DNA of 64,000 nucleotides from an uncultured Verrucomicrobiae bacterium. Lineage in GTDB: Bacteria; Verrucomicrobiota; Verrucomicrobiia; Chthoniobacterales; Chthoniobacteraceae. Both the position numbers and the translations under genes were made by a program. The stretch's first letter is position 1; each line of letters starts with the position of its first letter. Of this stretch, positions 10,301 to 20,107 are shown piece by piece. Location of the stretch: contig CAWHEP010000002.1 in NCBI GenBank assembly GCA_963828525.1, forward strand, positions 288,001 to 352,000. Reading direction: 5' to 3'. The notes beneath the pieces were generated by a model. That model was not told where the DNA came from, ran no database searches, and saw only the letters and a program-made list of their open reading frames with translations.

Positions 10301-10399
10301 AAGCAGCGTCAAATTCGTGCCGACCGCCTCATCACGAGCAGAGCGCTACCGCCGGCTCTCAATCTCAGGGCATGGTCGTAGGAGACCGCCTTCCCTGAT

Positions 10400-11425
10400 C
10401 TAGTAAGCCGCCTGCGAGCCTTTGATATTCTTCTTCTTGATCCAGGGCATCAAGCCGCGCAGCCGGGCGCCGACTTTTTCGATTGGGTGGTTCTCCCCAT
10501 CCTTTAGAAGCCGGGTGTAATTCTTCCGCCCCGTTGCATGCTCGTTGATCCATTCCTTGGCAAATTTGCCATTCTGGATGTTCTTTAGCGTCTTCTTCAT
10601 CTCGGCTTTCACCGATTTGCCGATGATCTTTGGCCCTACGGCGATATCGCCATACTTTGCCGTTTCAGAGATCGAGAACCGCATCCCGCTGATGCCCGCT
10701 TCATTGATGAGATCCACGATGAGCTTCAGCTCGTGCAAGCATTCAAAGTAGGCCATCTCCGGCTGGTATCCCGCCTCGACTAGCGTCTCATATCCCGCCT
10801 GGATCAATGCCGTCGTGCCTCCGCAGAGAACCGCCTGCTCGCCAAAGAGGTCCGTCTCAGTCTCTTCCTTGAAGGTTGTCTCGATCACTCCGCCTCGCGT
10901 GCCACCGATCCCTTTTGCCCAAGCCAGCGCCGTCTTCTTGGCTTTCTTGCTGGGGTTCTGATAGATCGCGATGAGAGCGGGCACGCCTTTGCCTTCGGTA
11001 AACTGCCGGCGCACGATGTGGCCCGGCCCTTTTGGAGCCACCATGATCACGTCCACTTCGGGCGGAGGAACCACCGTCTTGAAATGGATGGCGAAACCGT
11101 GGCTGAAGAGCAGCGTTTTTCCCTTTGCGAGGTTTGGCGCCACATCCTTCTCATACACTTCCGCGATCTTAAGGTCGGGCACCGCCATGAAGATCACGTC
11201 CGCCTTCTTCACTGCCTCCGCCGTATCCAGCACCGTGAGCCCGCGCTCTTCGGCCACTGCCCGCGACTTGCTGCCGGGATACAGACCGACCACCACTTCC
11301 ACTCCGCTCTCCTTCAGGTTTAGCGCGTGCGCGTGGCCTTGCGATCCGAAGCCGATTACTGCGCAGATCTTGCCTTTTAGCGCTTCGAGATTTCCGTCTT
11401 TGTCTGTGTATACTTTTGCGGGCAT
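10400..11425 (-). CDS. ilvC: Ketol-acid reductoisomerase
   Basis: [36 protein letters not shown]. Confidence 0.98.
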   Translation of the reverse strand: MPAKVYTDKDGNLEALKGKICAVIGFGSQGHAHALNLKESGVEVVVGLYPGSKSRAVAEERGLTVLDTAEAVKKADVIFMAVPDLKIAEVYEKDVAPNLAKGKTLLFSHGFAIHFKTVVPPPEVDVIMVAPKGPGHIVRRQFTEGKGVPALIAIYQNPSKKAKKTALAWAKGIGGTRGGVIETTFKEETETDLFGEQAVLCGGTTALIQAGYETLVEAGYQPEMAYFECLHELKLIVDLINEAGISGMRFSISETAKYGDIAVGPKIIGKSVKAEMKKTLKNIQNGKFAKEWINEHATGRKNYTRLLKDGENHPIEKVGARLRGLMPWIKKKNIKGSQAAY

Positions 11426-11436
11426 AAGTTCTTTCT

Positions 11437-11913
11437 TTATTCTTTCCGGGCTAGAGCCACCTTCCCGGTGCGGGTAAGATCGCTGATCCCGAAGTTCTCC
11501 ATCAACAACAGGAATTTGTTGATCTTGCTCTCATTGCCAGTCACCTCGATGGATACATTCTTGTGTTGCACATCGATGATCTTGGCCCTGAAAATATCAC
11601 AAATCTGCATCACTTCAGCGCGTGTCTTCGAATCTACGCCCACCCGTAACATCAGGAGCTCGCGGTCCACATATTGGTCTTCCCGGAAGTCCTGGATTTC
11701 GATCACGTCTATCAGTTTGTTTAACTGCTTCGTGACCTGTTCCAGCACTTTGTCATCACCGCGCACCACGATCGTCATGCGCGATGTCGAGGGATCGATC
11801 GTCGGGCCCACATTGAGAGTATCGATGTTAAACCCGCGGCCGCTGAACATTCCGGCGATCCTCGTGAGCACGCCGAATTTATTCTCGACCAGCACTGAAA
11901 TTGTGTGTCGCAT
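11437..11913 (-). CDS. ilvN: Acetolactate synthase small regulatory subunit
   Basis: [33 protein letters not shown] domain; directly upstream of ilvC. Confidence 0.96.
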   Translation of the reverse strand: MRHTISVLVENKFGVLTRIAGMFSGRGFNIDTLNVGPTIDPSTSRMTIVVRGDDKVLEQVTKQLNKLIDVIEIQDFREDQYVDRELLMLRVGVDSKTRAEVMQICDIFRAKIIDVQHKNVSIEVTGNESKINKFLLLMENFGISDLTRTGKVALARKE

Positions 11914-12013
11914 TAGGGGTGTGGGATAGTCGAGAGAAACGATTCCCCCGTCAAACTTTAAAATCGCGGTTTTTGAAAACGCTTCGCTCGCCGCGTAATT
12001 GCCGCAAAATGCC

Positions 12014-13168
12014 ATGGATAAAGTCAAAATAGGGATTATCGGCCTGGGCATGGGCGCGAACCATGCCCGCTCAATCGTCGCCGGGCGCGTCCCCAGGATG
12101 GAGCTCGCCGCTGTCTGCGATCCCAATCCGGACAGGATGGCCGAGTTCTCCGATGCCAAACCTTTCAATACGCCTGGCGACCTCATCCAGTCAGGCATCG
12201 ATGCCGTCCTCATTGCCACCCCCCACTACGCGCACACTCCGCTGGGGATTGAAGCTCTTGACCGCGGCTTGCATGTGCTGGTCGAAAAACCCATCTCTGT
12301 GCATAAGGCCGATTGCGAGCGCCTCATCGCCGCTCACAAAAACCCGAGGCAGGTCTTCGCCGCGATGTTCAATCAGCGAACCGATCCGTTCTACATCAAG
12401 ATCCGCGATCTCGTGCAATCCGGCGAGCTGGGCGAAGTGCGCCGCGTCCAGTGGACGATTACGAACTGGTTCCGCTCCCACGCCTATTACTCGTCGAGCC
12501 ACTGGCGAGCGACCTGGTCTGGGGAAGGCGGAGGCGTCCTCCTGAACCAGTGCCCTCACACCCTTGACTTGCTCCAATGGATTTTCGGCATGCCCACGTG
12601 TGTTCGCGGCTTCTGCCAGCTCGGACGATACCACCCTATCGAAGTCGAAGACGACGTGACCGCTTACCTCGAATTCCCCAACGGGGCGAATGGTGTGTTC
12701 ATCACATCGACAGGGGAAGCGCCCGGTTCCAACCGCCTCGAAGTCGCTGGAGAACGCGGCCGCCTCGTTTACGAGAATGACCGTATCGATTTCCAGCGCA
12801 ACGAAGTCCCCATGTCGGAGCATAGCCGCTCCACCACCACGCAATTCTCCGCGCCTCCCGTCTGGAATGTCTCCATCCCCGTCGCGGGACATGGCGGTCA
12901 GCATGCCGCCATCCTGAAGAATTTTGCCGATGCCATCCTCGATGGAGCCCCGCTCATCGCGCCCGCGGAGGAGGGCATTCATTCCGTGGAACTCGCGAAC
13001 GCGATCCTCTTCTCGTCACTGCAAGGAGCCACCGTCGAACTCCCCATGGATTCCGCCGACTACGAAAAGCAGCTTCAGGATCTCGCCGCGACATCCGCCG
13101 GAAACGACAGGAAAAAAGCCCCTTCCATCCGGCCAGCCGCCGACGACTTCGCCAACTCCTACAAGTAG
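12014..13168 (+). CDS. Gfo/Idh/MocA family oxidoreductase
   Basis: GIIGLGMG, DAVLIATPHYAH, HVLVEKP, GGGVLLNQCPH.LD. Confidence 0.9.
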   Translation: MDKVKIGIIGLGMGANHARSIVAGRVPRMELAAVCDPNPDRMAEFSDAKPFNTPGDLIQSGIDAVLIATPHYAHTPLGIEALDRGLHVLVEKPISVHKADCERLIAAHKNPRQVFAAMFNQRTDPFYIKIRDLVQSGELGEVRRVQWTITNWFRSHAYYSSSHWRATWSGEGGGVLLNQCPHTLDLLQWIFGMPTCVRGFCQLGRYHPIEVEDDVTAYLEFPNGANGVFITSTGEAPGSNRLEVAGERGRLVYENDRIDFQRNEVPMSEHSRSTTTQFSAPPVWNVSIPVAGHGGQHAAILKNFADAILDGAPLIAPAEEGIHSVELANAILFSSLQGATVELPMDSADYEKQLQDLAATSAGNDRKKAPSIRPAADDFANSYK

Positions 13169-13198
13169 CGCCCTGCTCTCGGCGGTCAGTCCCACCTC

Positions 13199-14943
13199 TC
13201 AGGAAACCGCCAGCGCCTGCAGGCGCTGGGCCGTGCTGTTCGCCCAAAGTCGCGAATAGATTCCACCCAACGCCACGAGCTCATCGTGGATTCCTCGTTC
13301 CACTACCCGCCCGCGTTCCAGCACGAGAATCTGATCCGCGTTGCGCACGGTTGAGAGCCTGTGGGCAATCACGAAGCTCGTCCGGCGCAGCATCAGCCGC
13401 TCCAGCGCTTCCTGGATCAACCGTTCCGTCTCCGTATCCACGCTCGCGGTCGCCTCATCCAGGATCATTATGGGCGGATCCTTCAACAGGACGCGCGCGA
13501 TGGAAATCCGCTGTTTCTCCCCCACGCTGAGCTTCACTCCGCGCTCTCCCACCAGGGTGTCCAGTCCCTCCGGCATCCGGACAATGAAGTCATAGGCGTT
13601 CGCTGCTTTCGCGGCGGCAAGCAACTGCTCCTCTCCCGCCTCCGGATCACCGATCCGCAGGTTGTCCCGGATCGAACCATTAAACAGAAAGCTCTCCTGC
13701 GTCACCATCCCGATCGCCCCGCGCAACGTGTTTTTCGAATAATCCTTCAGCGGCTTCCCATCCACGTAAATCTCGCCCGAGTCGAACTCGTAGAACCTGG
13801 TCAGCAGATTCACGATGGTCGATTTGCCAGCGCCCGTCGCGCCGACCAGGGCGACTGTTTCTCCAGCGCGGGCATGCAGGTTGATGTTGTGCAGCACCGG
13901 CACCGTCTCGTTATAGGAGAAACTCACATTCTGGAAACGAACGTCTCCCGCCACTGGTTCGGTGATGATCTCGTCCTCCGCGCGCCCGGCTCCGCCGTCT
14001 CGTCCATGATCTCAAAGACTCGCTCGCCAGCCGCCCTCCCAGCCTGGATGAGCTGGTTTAGTTGATGCAACCGCCCAATCGGATCGTAAAGAAATCCCGT
14101 CAGCAACAGAAAGGCGACGAGATGCCCGATACCGATGGTTCCCGCGAGCACAGCCTTGCTGCCGGCCCACACCACCAGAACCGATCCGCATGATGCGAAA
14201 AAGCTCATCGCCGGGCTATACAGCGCCCACGCCCGCATCACCACCAGCGTCGCTTCCCGCAACTGATTGCTGGATTGGTTAAACCGCGCGTGCTCCTGAT
14301 CCTCGCGCACATACGTCTTTATCTGGCGGATGCCCGCCAGGTTGTCGTGCAGCAGCGAATTCATGGCCGATGACGCCACGCGTTGCATGCGATACCGCTT
14401 GTGCGCCGTCAGAGTGTAGAAAAGCGCCCCCGCCACCAGGAAAGGGATGGGCGCCAGCGCCAAAAACGCGAGCTTCGCGTCATAGTAGAAGAGGACAGCC
14501 GAGACGATTACGATCTGCAGCAACGAGGAGACACCCTGCTCGATTCCATCAATTAGCACCCGCTCCATCGCGTTTACATCCTCCACCACCCTCGTCATCA
14601 GGTCACCCGTCGCCCGGTTATCGAACCAGTTGAGCGGCAGACGCTGGATGTGGGAGTAAAGATCGCTCCGCAGGTCGAAGATAACCCGCTGCTCAAAGGT
14701 GTTATTCAGGATGATCCGCGCCGAGTTCAACCCATCCCGCAGCAGATAGGCCGCCCCGCCAGTCAGCACCAGCGGCAACAGACGCTCCGGATGCCGCCCT
14801 CTCACCACCTCATCGATGATCCTCTGCGTGACAGCGGGGAAAACGATCACCATCAGCGTCCCAATGATCGCGCACCCCAGCGTTAAACTGGCCAGCCACG
14901 GATAGCGCCGAACATATGCGAAGACGCGCAGAGTGTTATTCAT
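13199..14943 (-). CDS. ABC exporter, fused permease/ATPase (MsbA/MdlB-like), frameshifted at about 13986
   Basis: TMD in ORF 13924-14943; NBD with GATGAGKST, LSVGEKQR, ILDEAT and IAHRLST in ORF 13199-13954. Confidence 0.9.
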
Positions 14944-15026
14944 GATCTTGATACGCGCCGTTCCATCGGGCGGCAACATACGCCGCGCGAATATCCGCGC
15001 GCAAACGCCTTAGGTGCCGCGCGATC

Positions 15027-16259
15027 TTAGCGCCCAGCCTGCGGACTCTTCGTGTAAACCGAGATTCCCGCTATCAGATCCACTGCCCGCTGCAGCATCG
15101 CGTCGCGCGGCGTCGTCTTCGGCCGCTCCTTCGCGTGTTGCGCCGCCTGGATCGCGTCCAGTTCGGGGTTTACCCCTGCCACGAGGGACGCCTCATTCAT
15201 CCGTGGTCGGTCGGAATCAGAGATAAACCGCGAGACACCCTGGTCCAATTCTCCGTCGAGAACCTGAGACTCCACCTCAGGCGCGGCATCCACCACCAGG
15301 TCCGGCTTCACACCCGCCGGATACACCGTCTGATCTTCGGGAAGTGTCACCTCCGCCGTCGCGACCCGCAAGATTTCCCCTCCCCCCAGCCGCAGATCAG
15401 CAAACTCAACCGCTTCGCCCTTCGTCTTCTGCCCTACCACCATCGCTTGCGCCTGCGCTCTCAACACCGCCGCGATTGCCTCCGCCGCCCCGGCGTTACT
15501 GCCATCCACGAGCACAACCAGCAGTCCTTGAAACAGCGGATCATCGCTCGCCGTAAATACCTTCCCTTCTCTATCCGAAGGCTTTGTCACTTTGAACAGG
15601 AGCTTGCCCTTCGGCACAAAGCGGTCCATCAACTCCGCCGCCGCTTCGAACTCACTGCCGGGCGGCGTCGCCCGCAAATCAAGGATCGCCGCTTTCAATC
15701 CTTTCTCCACGCCCTCCCGCAGCTTCATATCCATCTCTCCGATCTGAGCCGAAGTGATCGCTCCAAGGCGCAAATAGACGATGCGCCCATCCAGAATCTC
15801 TCCACGGAACGGCCCAGCCTTCCGCCCAGCGGAATCCGAGTTTTTTAAAAGCAACGCGCCCGGCTTGAGCCTGTCCAGCAAACCCTGCAGCGTCGCCCGC
15901 CGCATCTCCGTTTCTCCAAGCGCGTCCGGATCGACAAAGCGCTCCTTCAACAGACTCACCGCCTGGTCAATATCCGCCGGCGAAAGCGACTCCACCAAGG
16001 TCTTGCCCCCGTCATACCTGCTAGCGCCACGAGGCGCGGGAGATCCCGCCGTTGCCGCCTGCCCCTTCGCCGGGCTTCCAGAAAGAGAAACCGGCGATGA
16101 AGGCATTATCTCAGGCAGCGCCGGGGGAGCAGTCTGCTTCGGGGCGACGATACCCGGCACAGTCGGCGACGGCGCGGGCACCGGCAACTGCTGACCCTCG
16201 ACAACAAAGAGCCCGAAGGCAAGAAACACAGCGGCCGCGCGCGCGGAAGTTTTCGTCAT
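15027..16259 (-). CDS. S41 (CtpA-like) protease homologue, PDZ-less and apparently catalytically inactive
   Basis: ILDLR, VVLVD, VVGQKT.G and GVKPDL.V S41 motifs; catalytic Ser and Lys positions read G and E. Confidence 0.8.
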   Translation of the reverse strand: MTKTSARAAAVFLAFGLFVVEGQQLPVPAPSPTVPGIVAPKQTAPPALPEIMPSSPVSLSGSPAKGQAATAGSPAPRGASRYDGGKTLVESLSPADIDQAVSLLKERFVDPDALGETEMRRATLQGLLDRLKPGALLLKNSDSAGRKAGPFRGEILDGRIVYLRLGAITSAQIGEMDMKLREGVEKGLKAAILDLRATPPGSEFEAAAELMDRFVPKGKLLFKVTKPSDREGKVFTASDDPLFQGLLVVLVDGSNAGAAEAIAAVLRAQAQAMVVGQKTKGEAVEFADLRLGGGEILRVATAEVTLPEDQTVYPAGVKPDLVVDAAPEVESQVLDGELDQGVSRFISDSDRPRMNEASLVAGVNPELDAIQAAQHAKERPKTTPRDAMLQRAVDLIAGISVYTKSPQAGR

Positions 16260-16621
16260 AGACGGTAAACCTTACTACACCACCGTTGCCGCGAAAGCCG
16301 TTAATCGCGGATCAAACAATGACGCGCGTCACGGGCCGTGACTCTCTTCAGCACGAGCGGCGTTCTGCCATGGCTGCGGCGTTGCTCCCCGATCATGGCT
16401 TTTACCGCGAGCAGCCGTCCGCGCCCCATCCGCTCTTCCCCCGCCCCGCAACACTGCTGACGCCGCCTTGACCTTGTTTCGGCTGACGGGCATGCATGCC
16501 GCCTTAGCCTGTTCTGGAATCGCTCCCATCACTGGATCCCGCACCTAATGGTGCGGATCCCTTTGAGGGAAACTCCCGTAGAAAGGAGTGTAGGTGGTAG
16601 AACAATTTTGTCTTTTTTCCT

Positions 16622-16671
16622 CGTTACCAAGTTGCACTTGGTAACGCCATTGTCCCCGAAGTTGCACTTCG
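16622..16671 (+). repeat. REP-like double hairpin, family A
   Basis: CGTTACCAAG-TTGCA-CTTGGTAACG then CGAAG-TTGCA-CTTCG. Confidence 0.85.
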
Positions 16672-17345
16672 TCTTTCCCGCCCCGGAACACTGTTAACGC
16701 CGCCCGTAAATGTAGTCGCAAGCACCTCTTGGAGCATTCCGCATCTGTTAATTTACTATTCACACGGTTCGTTTTTAAGGATCAATCCTGCGTTGGTTTA
16801 TTGCGTATCCTCAAGCGGAAATATTCCTTGAAACGGAAGACTTTTCTCTTCCACTAGCCTCAAATACTCCTTGGTCGCTTTATCTGCATACTGCATTGGC
16901 AGATTGCTTGTTTAAATCCAGGGCTACCTCCTTGAAACGGTCTCTGTCGACATACCGAAGGACAATGAAACGCCGCGCGCCTATAATCTAGCGGATTGTT
17001 AACATCCTCGGCGTAATGAGAAAGAACCGCGCCAGCACCCGGACTGTTTAAGTTGGAACGACATTCAGTCTGCTTAGTAGAAGCATCAATGTTCTATCCG
17101 AAGCGAATTCGATATCTTTCCAAAGGGAATCAAGGGTGCTACTGAAAGCGACCACCCCGGCTACTCTTTCGAGAGAACCCGAGGGTTCTTGTCACCGGGG
17201 TGAGACCTTTATGTGAAAGTGAAAAAGGCGTTCTAACCCTCATTGAGCATATGATTCCATGCACTCGCGTCAAGGAATGGTAATGCCCTAATTTGAATTG
17301 GCCCCACGAAGCGATTCGTGGCAGATTCTTTTCGTGGGGGTGGTT

Positions 17346-17414
17346 TGGAGGTGCGGGGATTCGAACCCCGTGCAGCATTAGGTGTAGAGCCGAGCGCAGC
17401 GCCAAGCCACCCCC
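17346..17414 (-). ncRNA. tRNA-like RNA (acceptor stem with G3-U70/A73 and canonical T-arm; no canonical D or anticodon arm)
   Basis: GGGGGTG-[37 nt]-CGGGG TTCGAAT CCCCG-CACCTCC-A; 7-bp acceptor stem and 5-bp T-stem pair fully. Confidence 0.65.
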
Positions 17415-17420
17415 ATTTCA

Positions 17421-18428
17421 TCAATCCTTGTCCTTCAATTGCAGATCGAACCCGAGTTCCATCCGCTCGTATTTCGGATATGCCTTGTTCAAGAACTGCT
17501 TGAACTGGACCCATGAATCGCTGATGCGCATCAGCGCCAGAAGCCCATCGAGATGCGAGCGAAGTTTTGGGTGGCCGATTTCGCCCGTGAGCCATTGAAA
17601 GAGCTTATGTTTTCGCCTCCCGTCGATAATTGGGTTTTTTGCCAAAAGGTCCTCGTACACACCGGGCGCTAGCCGCTTGTAAACGAAGTCCTTTGTGTAT
17701 GCCGCAATCACTTGTGGACGTTTCACGCTCGTGGGATCAAAGGGCCATCCCCGTAAGCGGAATATATTCTCGTAAAACTCCAGCGGGAACGTTTTGGTCC
17801 ATGGCTGCAATTCTTTGGCGATAAACCTTTCCAGAATCCGCGCCAGCGCATCGCGCGCCCTGTCGTACTGATAGCCGGTGGCTTCATCAACCAAGGCGAT
17901 TATACCGAGTTTTGAGAAGCTCCGCGAAATGGCGCGGGCGGCCTCGACGATATGCTGCTGATTTGGTCGTAACGCCCCAGCCCTTTCGGCGTCTTCAAAA
18001 ACGTGGCAGACCATAGGAAGAATTTCCGCCTTGTAGCCAAGGGCAACATTCCCCCCTAAACCGCCGCTCTTCGTCGTGCGAAATTTTATGGGTTCCCACG
18101 AGCGAGTTAAGTCACTGGAAATGAACGGAGTAACATTGGCCGCACCCAAGAAACCGGGCCTTTCGGCGATCGAGCCAGTTTTGTTCGGGTTCTTATACCG
18201 TCCCAATGCCTGATAGATTCCCCTTTGAGTTATGAGGCGTGTGCCGTCCTCCAAGACGGCACACGGTATAGAAATGGTCTCATTCAGCCTGATTTCCCCT
18301 TCATGGGTTGCTTTAGGAATGGACCAACGGGCCTCTGCCGCTTTCTTCGCGCTCTCGCTCAGTTCTTCCTCTGTGAGAGCCTTTGCGCGGGCTTTTCCTC
18401 CCAACGATTGAATGTTTTCAGTAGGCAT
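17421..18428 (-). CDS. P63C domain protein with N-terminal GGKARA..L.....S..AKKAA.ARW segment
   Basis: IPCAVLEDGTR, ALVDEATGYQ, KEL.PW.KTFP.EFY..IFRL.GW, VY.RLAPGV. Confidence 0.9.
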   Translation of the reverse strand: MPTENIQSLGGKARAKALTEEELSESAKKAAEARWSIPKATHEGEIRLNETISIPCAVLEDGTRLITQRGIYQALGRYKNPNKTGSIAERPGFLGAANVTPFISSDLTRSWEPIKFRTTKSGGLGGNVALGYKAEILPMVCHVFEDAERAGALRPNQQHIVEAARAISRSFSKLGIIALVDEATGYQYDRARDALARILERFIAKELQPWTKTFPLEFYENIFRLRGWPFDPTSVKRPQVIAAYTKDFVYKRLAPGVYEDLLAKNPIIDGRRKHKLFQWLTGEIGHPKLRSHLDGLLALMRISDSWVQFKQFLNKAYPKYERMELGFDLQLKDKD

Positions 18429-18479
18429 GATTCATATATGTATCCGCATGCGTTCTAGCACGCAATAAAAATAAATCCA

Positions 18480-18508
18480 TTGACATGCGTGCAGAAATTT
18501 GGGATTAT
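18480..18508 (+). promoter_or_regulatory. Sigma70-type promoter of the transposase stub (probably leaderless)
   Basis: TTGACA-17 bp-GATTAT ending 6 nt before ATG 18515. Confidence 0.5.
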
Positions 18509-18514
18509 CGCGTC

Positions 18515-18649
18515 ATGGCAAACGTCCTCAGCAGAGAAAAACAGATTGCGGTGATTGGAGCCCTCGCGGAAGGGTCCAGCATCCGCAGCATTGAGCGGCT
18601 TACCGGCGTTACAAGAATTGCCACGGAGCCATACACACGACTCCATGAT
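18515..18649 (+). pseudogene. N-terminal HTH stub of an IS1-family transposase (DDE domain deleted)
   Basis: MANVLSREKQIAVIGALAEGSSIRSIERLTGV, then the frame runs into the right IR. Confidence 0.8.
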
Positions 18650-18713
18650 TTCAAATTAGGGCACTACCAAGGAATGAGCGCCTGGCTCATCTATTAATCC
18701 CTCAACCACCCAC

Positions 18714-19964
18714 TCACGCCCCCACCCCAATATCCCGCCTGAAATGCGCCCCCTCAAATCCGATCCGCGAGATCGCCTCATAGACGCGTTCCCGAGCCTG
18801 CGCGAGGGTCGCTCCCAATGCCGTGACACCAAGGACGCGTCCTCCAGAAGTAACAGTCTGCCCCTCCCTGGTGCTCGTCCCGGCGTGGAAAACCATGATC
18901 TCCGGATCCACGTCCTCCAGCCCTGAGATCCGCGTCCCGGTCGCATAAGCTCCAGGGTAGCCTCCGGAAGTCATCACCACGCACACAGCCGCTTCGTCAC
19001 TCCATTCCGGGTGGCAGTCGCTCAGCGTTCCGTCCACAGATGCTTCCAATATATCGAGGAGGTCACTTTTAAGCCGGGGCAAAAGGCATTGCGTCTCCGG
19101 ATCTCCGAAACGGCTGTTGAACTCCAGCACCTTCGGCCCTTCTGCCGTCATCATCAGGCCCGGGTATAGCGTTCCACGGTAATCGATCCCCTCCTCGCGC
19201 AGCCCCGCCATGAACGGCTCCATGATCTCCCGCCGGACGCGCGCCTCCATCTCCGGGGTCAACAGACCGGATGGGCTGAAACTTCCCATGCCTCCCGTAT
19301 TGGGGCCCCGTCCTCCGTCAAATACCTGTTTGTGATCCTGCGCCCCGGGTAGCAGCAGGTAGCTTTTCGAGTCCAGGATGGCGTGCAACGAGCATTCCCG
19401 ACCGCGCAGGAACTCCTCGACGACCAACCCTTTTCCCGCCTCTCCGAACTGGCCCCGCTCCATCATCTGGTAGATCGCCTTTGCGGCCGCGTCCGAACTC
19501 TCCGCGATCACAACCCCTTTTCCCAGCGCCAGCCCATCCGCCTTTATCACCACCGGCAGGCGCATACCCCGGCTGAACAACTGCGCGTCCGCGCTCTCGG
19601 TGAAGTGCCCGGATTTTGCCGTCGAAATCCCGTGCCGCCCCATGAATTCCTTCGCGAATATCTTCGACCATTCAAATCGAGCCGCCTTCTGTGTCGGCCC
19701 AAAGACGCGCAAACCCGCTTCCTGGAAAACATCCACGATTCCCGCCGCGAGCGCATTATCCGGCCCCACCACAGTCATCCCCACTCCGTTATCACGCGCA
19801 AACCGCGCAAGCTCCCCATGATCCGTGATTTCCAGGTTCCGGGCGATCAGCGCCGTCCCGGCGTTGCCGGGCGCGCAAAAAAGGCCATCCACCCGCCGCG
19901 ATTTCCGGAGCTTCCAGGCAAGGGCATGTTCACGCCCTCCGCCACCGATGATCATTACATTCAT
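18714..19964 (-). CDS. purD: Phosphoribosylamine--glycine ligase
   Basis: GGGGREHAL, APGNAG, VIKADGLA.GKGV, QDHK, GPNTGGMG, EFN.RFGDPETQ. Confidence 0.98.
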   Translation of the reverse strand: MNVMIIGGGGREHALAWKLRKSRRVDGLFCAPGNAGTALIARNLEITDHGELARFARDNGVGMTVVGPDNALAAGIVDVFQEAGLRVFGPTQKAARFEWSKIFAKEFMGRHGISTAKSGHFTESADAQLFSRGMRLPVVIKADGLALGKGVVIAESSDAAAKAIYQMMERGQFGEAGKGLVVEEFLRGRECSLHAILDSKSYLLLPGAQDHKQVFDGGRGPNTGGMGSFSPSGLLTPEMEARVRREIMEPFMAGLREEGIDYRGTLYPGLMMTAEGPKVLEFNSRFGDPETQCLLPRLKSDLLDILEASVDGTLSDCHPEWSDEAAVCVVMTSGGYPGAYATGTRISGLEDVDPEIMVFHAGTSTREGQTVTSGGRVLGVTALGATLAQARERVYEAISRIGFEGAHFRRDIGVGA

Positions 19965-20107
19965 GCGAAAAGGCGTCCATCAAAGCAGGAGCAGGCGGTC
20001 GCGCCAACCTTTCCTTCTCATACCGCCGGTTTCACGCGTATTCCCCCGCGTCCCTTACATTGTCTCTTGCTTCACCCGCAACGCGCGACTTACTGTCCTC
20101 CAGCCCG

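Larger units (their letters stand above)
17279..18668. mobile_element. Non-autonomous IS1-family-derived element with passenger cargo (1390 bp)
   Basis: Terminal IRs GGTAATGCCCTAATTTGAA (17279-17297) and TTCAAATTAGGGCACTACC (18650-18668), 18/19 match; direct repeat AAGGAAT at 17272-17278 and 18669-18675; transposase stub inside. Confidence 0.9.

Noticed and set aside
11914..12219. N-terminal extensions of IlvN (also GH78 377-571, response regulator 46628-46885, rsmH 59851-60045)
   Set aside because: Family homology starts at the downstream start codons; the extensions overlap divergent genes or intergenic repeats.
17346..17414. Canonical tRNA gene, full tmRNA or integrase att site
   Set aside because: There is no D or anticodon arm, it is far too short for tmRNA, and no integrase or second att copy is present. 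Kept only as a tRNA-like element.
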